Shown: piece by piece, positions 61,534 through 64,000 of the stretch
How positions within the stretch are numbered: the stretch's first letter is position 1
How the letters are laid out: each line of letters opens with the position of its first letter
From: Craspedostauros australis
Lineage: Eukaryota
Assembly (NCBI GenBank): GCA_030167865.1
Contig: JALAGF010004118.1
Span: forward strand, 1-64,000
Direction of reading: 5' to 3'
DNA: 64,000 nt
Position numbers and translations under genes: made by a program
Notes under the pieces: generated by a model
What the model was told of the DNA's origin: nothing
Seen by the model: only the letters and a program-made list of their open reading frames with translations
Database searches by the model: none

Positions 61534-62847
61534 ATGACGCCAACCAACCAATCGGCCGATGGCACAACTGCGCAGTCGCGACGACAGCGATCTCACAGCC
61601 ACTACAGTCATAGTCTGCGACGGAACACAACAAGTACGCAAGGAACAACCAAGATGCTGGTGGCTGCGTTGGTCATGACCACATGCGCGCTGCATGCGCC
61701 ATGCTCTGCTTGGACCGCACCGTCCTCCATGCATGCCAGAACGGCGCCCAACCTGCAACAGCACACGCAATGGAATGCACAGCGGCAGTCGGCGCTGCAC
61801 GTCAGCATCATGGGCGGCGACTTTGATCGCAGCGAGATGGACAGCATCAAGCCGCATGATAGGAACAATCATAACAACAGTCATGAGAACAATCATGCGG
61901 AGTCCACGGCAGCTGCTCACAGCGCCGCTGTTGACAGCACCAGCGCAGTTGCCAACGCCAAACAGCAGCAGCAGCAGCAAAAACGGCACGAACACAGCCC
62001 CAAACAGAACGACGGCAAAGACGAAGAGGTCAGCAACGAGCAGAAGTTCATCAACGCCGTCTTCCTCGCCGCCAGCTTCGGCTACGCCATCTTCACCATC
62101 CTCAACATCGACGACGGCATGACGCGCGGTTGGTCCGCCAGCGAGATCGCCATGCGCATTCCGCTCGACAACTGGGGCAACTACGAGTCCTGCCTGGCCA
62201 ATCAGCCCATCTCGACGAAGACCCTCATCAACGTCATCATCTACCTCCTCGGCGACTGGCTCAGCCAAACCGCGTTCGCCGGCAACAACCTCCTCAACTT
62301 CGATCTCTCGCGCACGCTGCGCAACGGCTTCATCGGCCTCTGCTTCGGCCCCCTCGTGCACGAGTACTACCAATTCAGCGACGCCATACTACCGCCCGAA
62401 GACGGCCTCGTCACGCGCCTGCAAAAGATCCTCATGGACCAAACGCTATACCTCACGGTCAAGTGCAGCATGTACATCAGCGCGGTGGGACTCCTGTCCG
62501 GCGACGACCTGCCCACCGTCAAGAAGAACGTGCAGGACAAGATCGGCGGCATCGTCATCACGGCCTGGAAGTTCTGGCCCCTCGTGCATTGCATAACGTA
62601 CGGCCTCGTGCCGGCGCGTCATCGGATCCTATGGGTCAATTCGGTGGATTTGGTGTGGAACGCTATCTTGGCATCGAAGACGCAAGGCGAAGAGAATGAG
62701 GATGGTGGCGACAAGATCATCACGGCGCAAGACGAGACGAACATCGCCGTCCATATGGAGGATGCGACCGATGCCACCATTTCCATCATCGACCTGCAGC
62801 AGGATCCCGCGTTGCTTGGTCGCAATGCCACGGCCGTCGCCGTCTGA
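61534..62847 (+). CDS. Mpv17/PMP22-family membrane protein, probably plastid-targeted (alternative start 61654)
   Basis: YESCLANQPISTKTL...YLLGDWLSQ, RTLRNGFIG..FGPLVHEYY, KILMDQTLY, WKFWPLVHCITYGLVPARHRILWVNSVDLVW. Presequence ...CSA-WTAP (ASAFAP variant). Confidence 0.92.
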   Translation: MTPTNQSADGTTAQSRRQRSHSHYSHSLRRNTTSTQGTTKMLVAALVMTTCALHAPCSAWTAPSSMHARTAPNLQQHTQWNAQRQSALHVSIMGGDFDRSEMDSIKPHDRNNHNNSHENNHAESTAAAHSAAVDSTSAVANAKQQQQQQKRHEHSPKQNDGKDEEVSNEQKFINAVFLAASFGYAIFTILNIDDGMTRGWSASEIAMRIPLDNWGNYESCLANQPISTKTLINVIIYLLGDWLSQTAFAGNNLLNFDLSRTLRNGFIGLCFGPLVHEYYQFSDAILPPEDGLVTRLQKILMDQTLYLTVKCSMYISAVGLLSGDDLPTVKKNVQDKIGGIVITAWKFWPLVHCITYGLVPARHRILWVNSVDLVWNAILASKTQGEENEDGGDKIITAQDETNIAVHMEDATDATISIIDLQQDPALLGRNATAVAV

Positions 62848-63114
62848 ATGCACAACGGCATGTATGATAACCTATAATAGAACATGCATGATGGATTGTG
62901 GATAAATCGTGTTGAGTTGTGTTGACGTTGCCGATCTATTTGATGATTCGCTTGGTCTTGTTCTCCTGATTGCACGTATGCATAGTGCTGAGTTCAAGAA
63001 CATTGTGCAGTACAAACTGTTGAGATAGCAACAACGAGCGCCTCTACTATGTATTATGTGAAACATAACAGTGATTGTTTGCCCCCTACTGATTCCAACA
63101 AAACAAAGACGAGC

Positions 63115-64000
63115 TCAACTCCGCGACACTCCCCACGGTCGGGAATGCAATGGCCGTTGCACGACGGGCTGCTGCTGCGTCTCTTCGTCTTCAAATGCGT
63201 AACTCCACGTCTGACACCACTTCTGCATCTGCGGCACGGTGACTTCCATGCCTTGATCGCCCAGAGCCTCCCGGAACCACTGCGTCATCTGGCGCAGCTG
63301 ATTGCAAGGAATCCCCAACGACGCGATGCGTTCAAAGTAGGTCTCGTAGGACCCGCCGTGCACGGCCTGCCCCGCGACGATCATGGCCACCAAACTGAGG
63401 CGATGCGCCGTGCGCGGCACGCAGAAGGGAAGCGACGGCACGCCGCTGCTGCGCAACGTCTCGACGGAGCAGGCGCGGTCGAGGTAGATCATGGCCAGCA
63501 CGGTCTGGATGCCGTCCTGCTCAATGTCCAGCGCCTTGGCGATGTGGCGCAGGTAGGGCAGCATCTCGGGTCCCCATCGAGCGACGCCGCGGCGGATCGT
63601 TTTGCGTTTGCGGGGGGCCTTGGCGTGGAAGAGGGTGAGCTCGGTTTCTGGTTGGGATTCGCCGCGTGAGATCGGGGCGTGCCATTGTCGCGATGGATGG
63701 ACGTTGACGGGGTGGCTGCCGCCGCGCTGTTGCAGGTAGGTTGGTGTTGCTTTTGGAGGTGGTGGTGGGACTCCTGTTGGTGATGACGATGTTGTTGATG
63801 ATGTTGTTGACATCGTTGTTGATGACGTGCTCCTGCTTCCGTATTGACGCAAGCTCTGCATTGAGCTGTGTGGTGACGATGCTGATGAGGGAGGGGCGGA
63901 GATGCCATGCAGTAACCTCCTGTTCCACTCGCTCGTGAGACGCAAGGCCAGCGAGATCTGCTCCAGCGAGACCTTGGGCGGCTTGACGAAGTGCCGATCC
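63115..64000 (-). CDS. Divergent cyclin-box protein (PHO80/CYCU-like), 5' end outside the window
   Basis: VLAMIYLDRA...TAHRLSLVAMIVA...ASLGIPCNQLRQM resembles P/U-type cyclin helices. The frame is open to position 64000. Confidence 0.6.
   Translation of the reverse strand, partial: DRHFVKPPKVSLEQISLALRLTSEWNRRLLHGISAPPSSASSPHSSMQSLRQYGSRSTSSTTMSTTSSTTSSSPTGVPPPPPKATPTYLQQRGGSHPVNVHPSRQWHAPISRGESQPETELTLFHAKAPRKRKTIRRGVARWGPEMLPYLRHIAKALDIEQDGIQTVLAMIYLDRACSVETLRSSGVPSLPFCVPRTAHRLSLVAMIVAGQAVHGGSYETYFERIASLGIPCNQLRQMTQWFREALGDQGMEVTVPQMQKWCQTWSYAFEDEETQQQPVVQRPLHSRPWGVSRS

Overview
Eukaryotic nuclear DNA, most likely from a diatom or related stramenopile. This is inferred from GT-AG introns, ASAFAP-type bipartite plastid presequences, a diatom-style LRR membrane protein and a CoDi-like gag relic; the species cannot be fixed from the sequence. 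The first ~7.3 kb is a CpG-poor zone of decayed elements: a broken plant-type mariner transposase, a copia gag remnant, and a frameshifted Ser-Pro4 repeat ORF with an assembly gap. From 8 to 51 kb are mostly ordinary genes: cyclophilin H (with a 14-nt microexon), plastid LPAAT, mitochondrial bL19, CDC45, a CAMK-group kinase, an MDR-fold protein, a DUF2470/TMEM254-like protein, a PH protein, a membrane alpha/beta-hydrolase, Wss1, DENR, a secreted FKBP, an LRR membrane protein and several unknowns. The most unusual structure is a ~6.45 kb cassette bracketed by two ~700-770 bp direct repeats (51575-52341 and 58796-59498). It carries a secreted Cys-repeat protein with RxL motifs. The window ends with a plastid Mpv17/PMP22 gene, preceded by a perfect G-box/TGACGTCA palindrome, and a truncated cyclin-like gene. 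Splice models were worked out by hand and keep the reading frame. Family calls come from motif recognition, not database searches.
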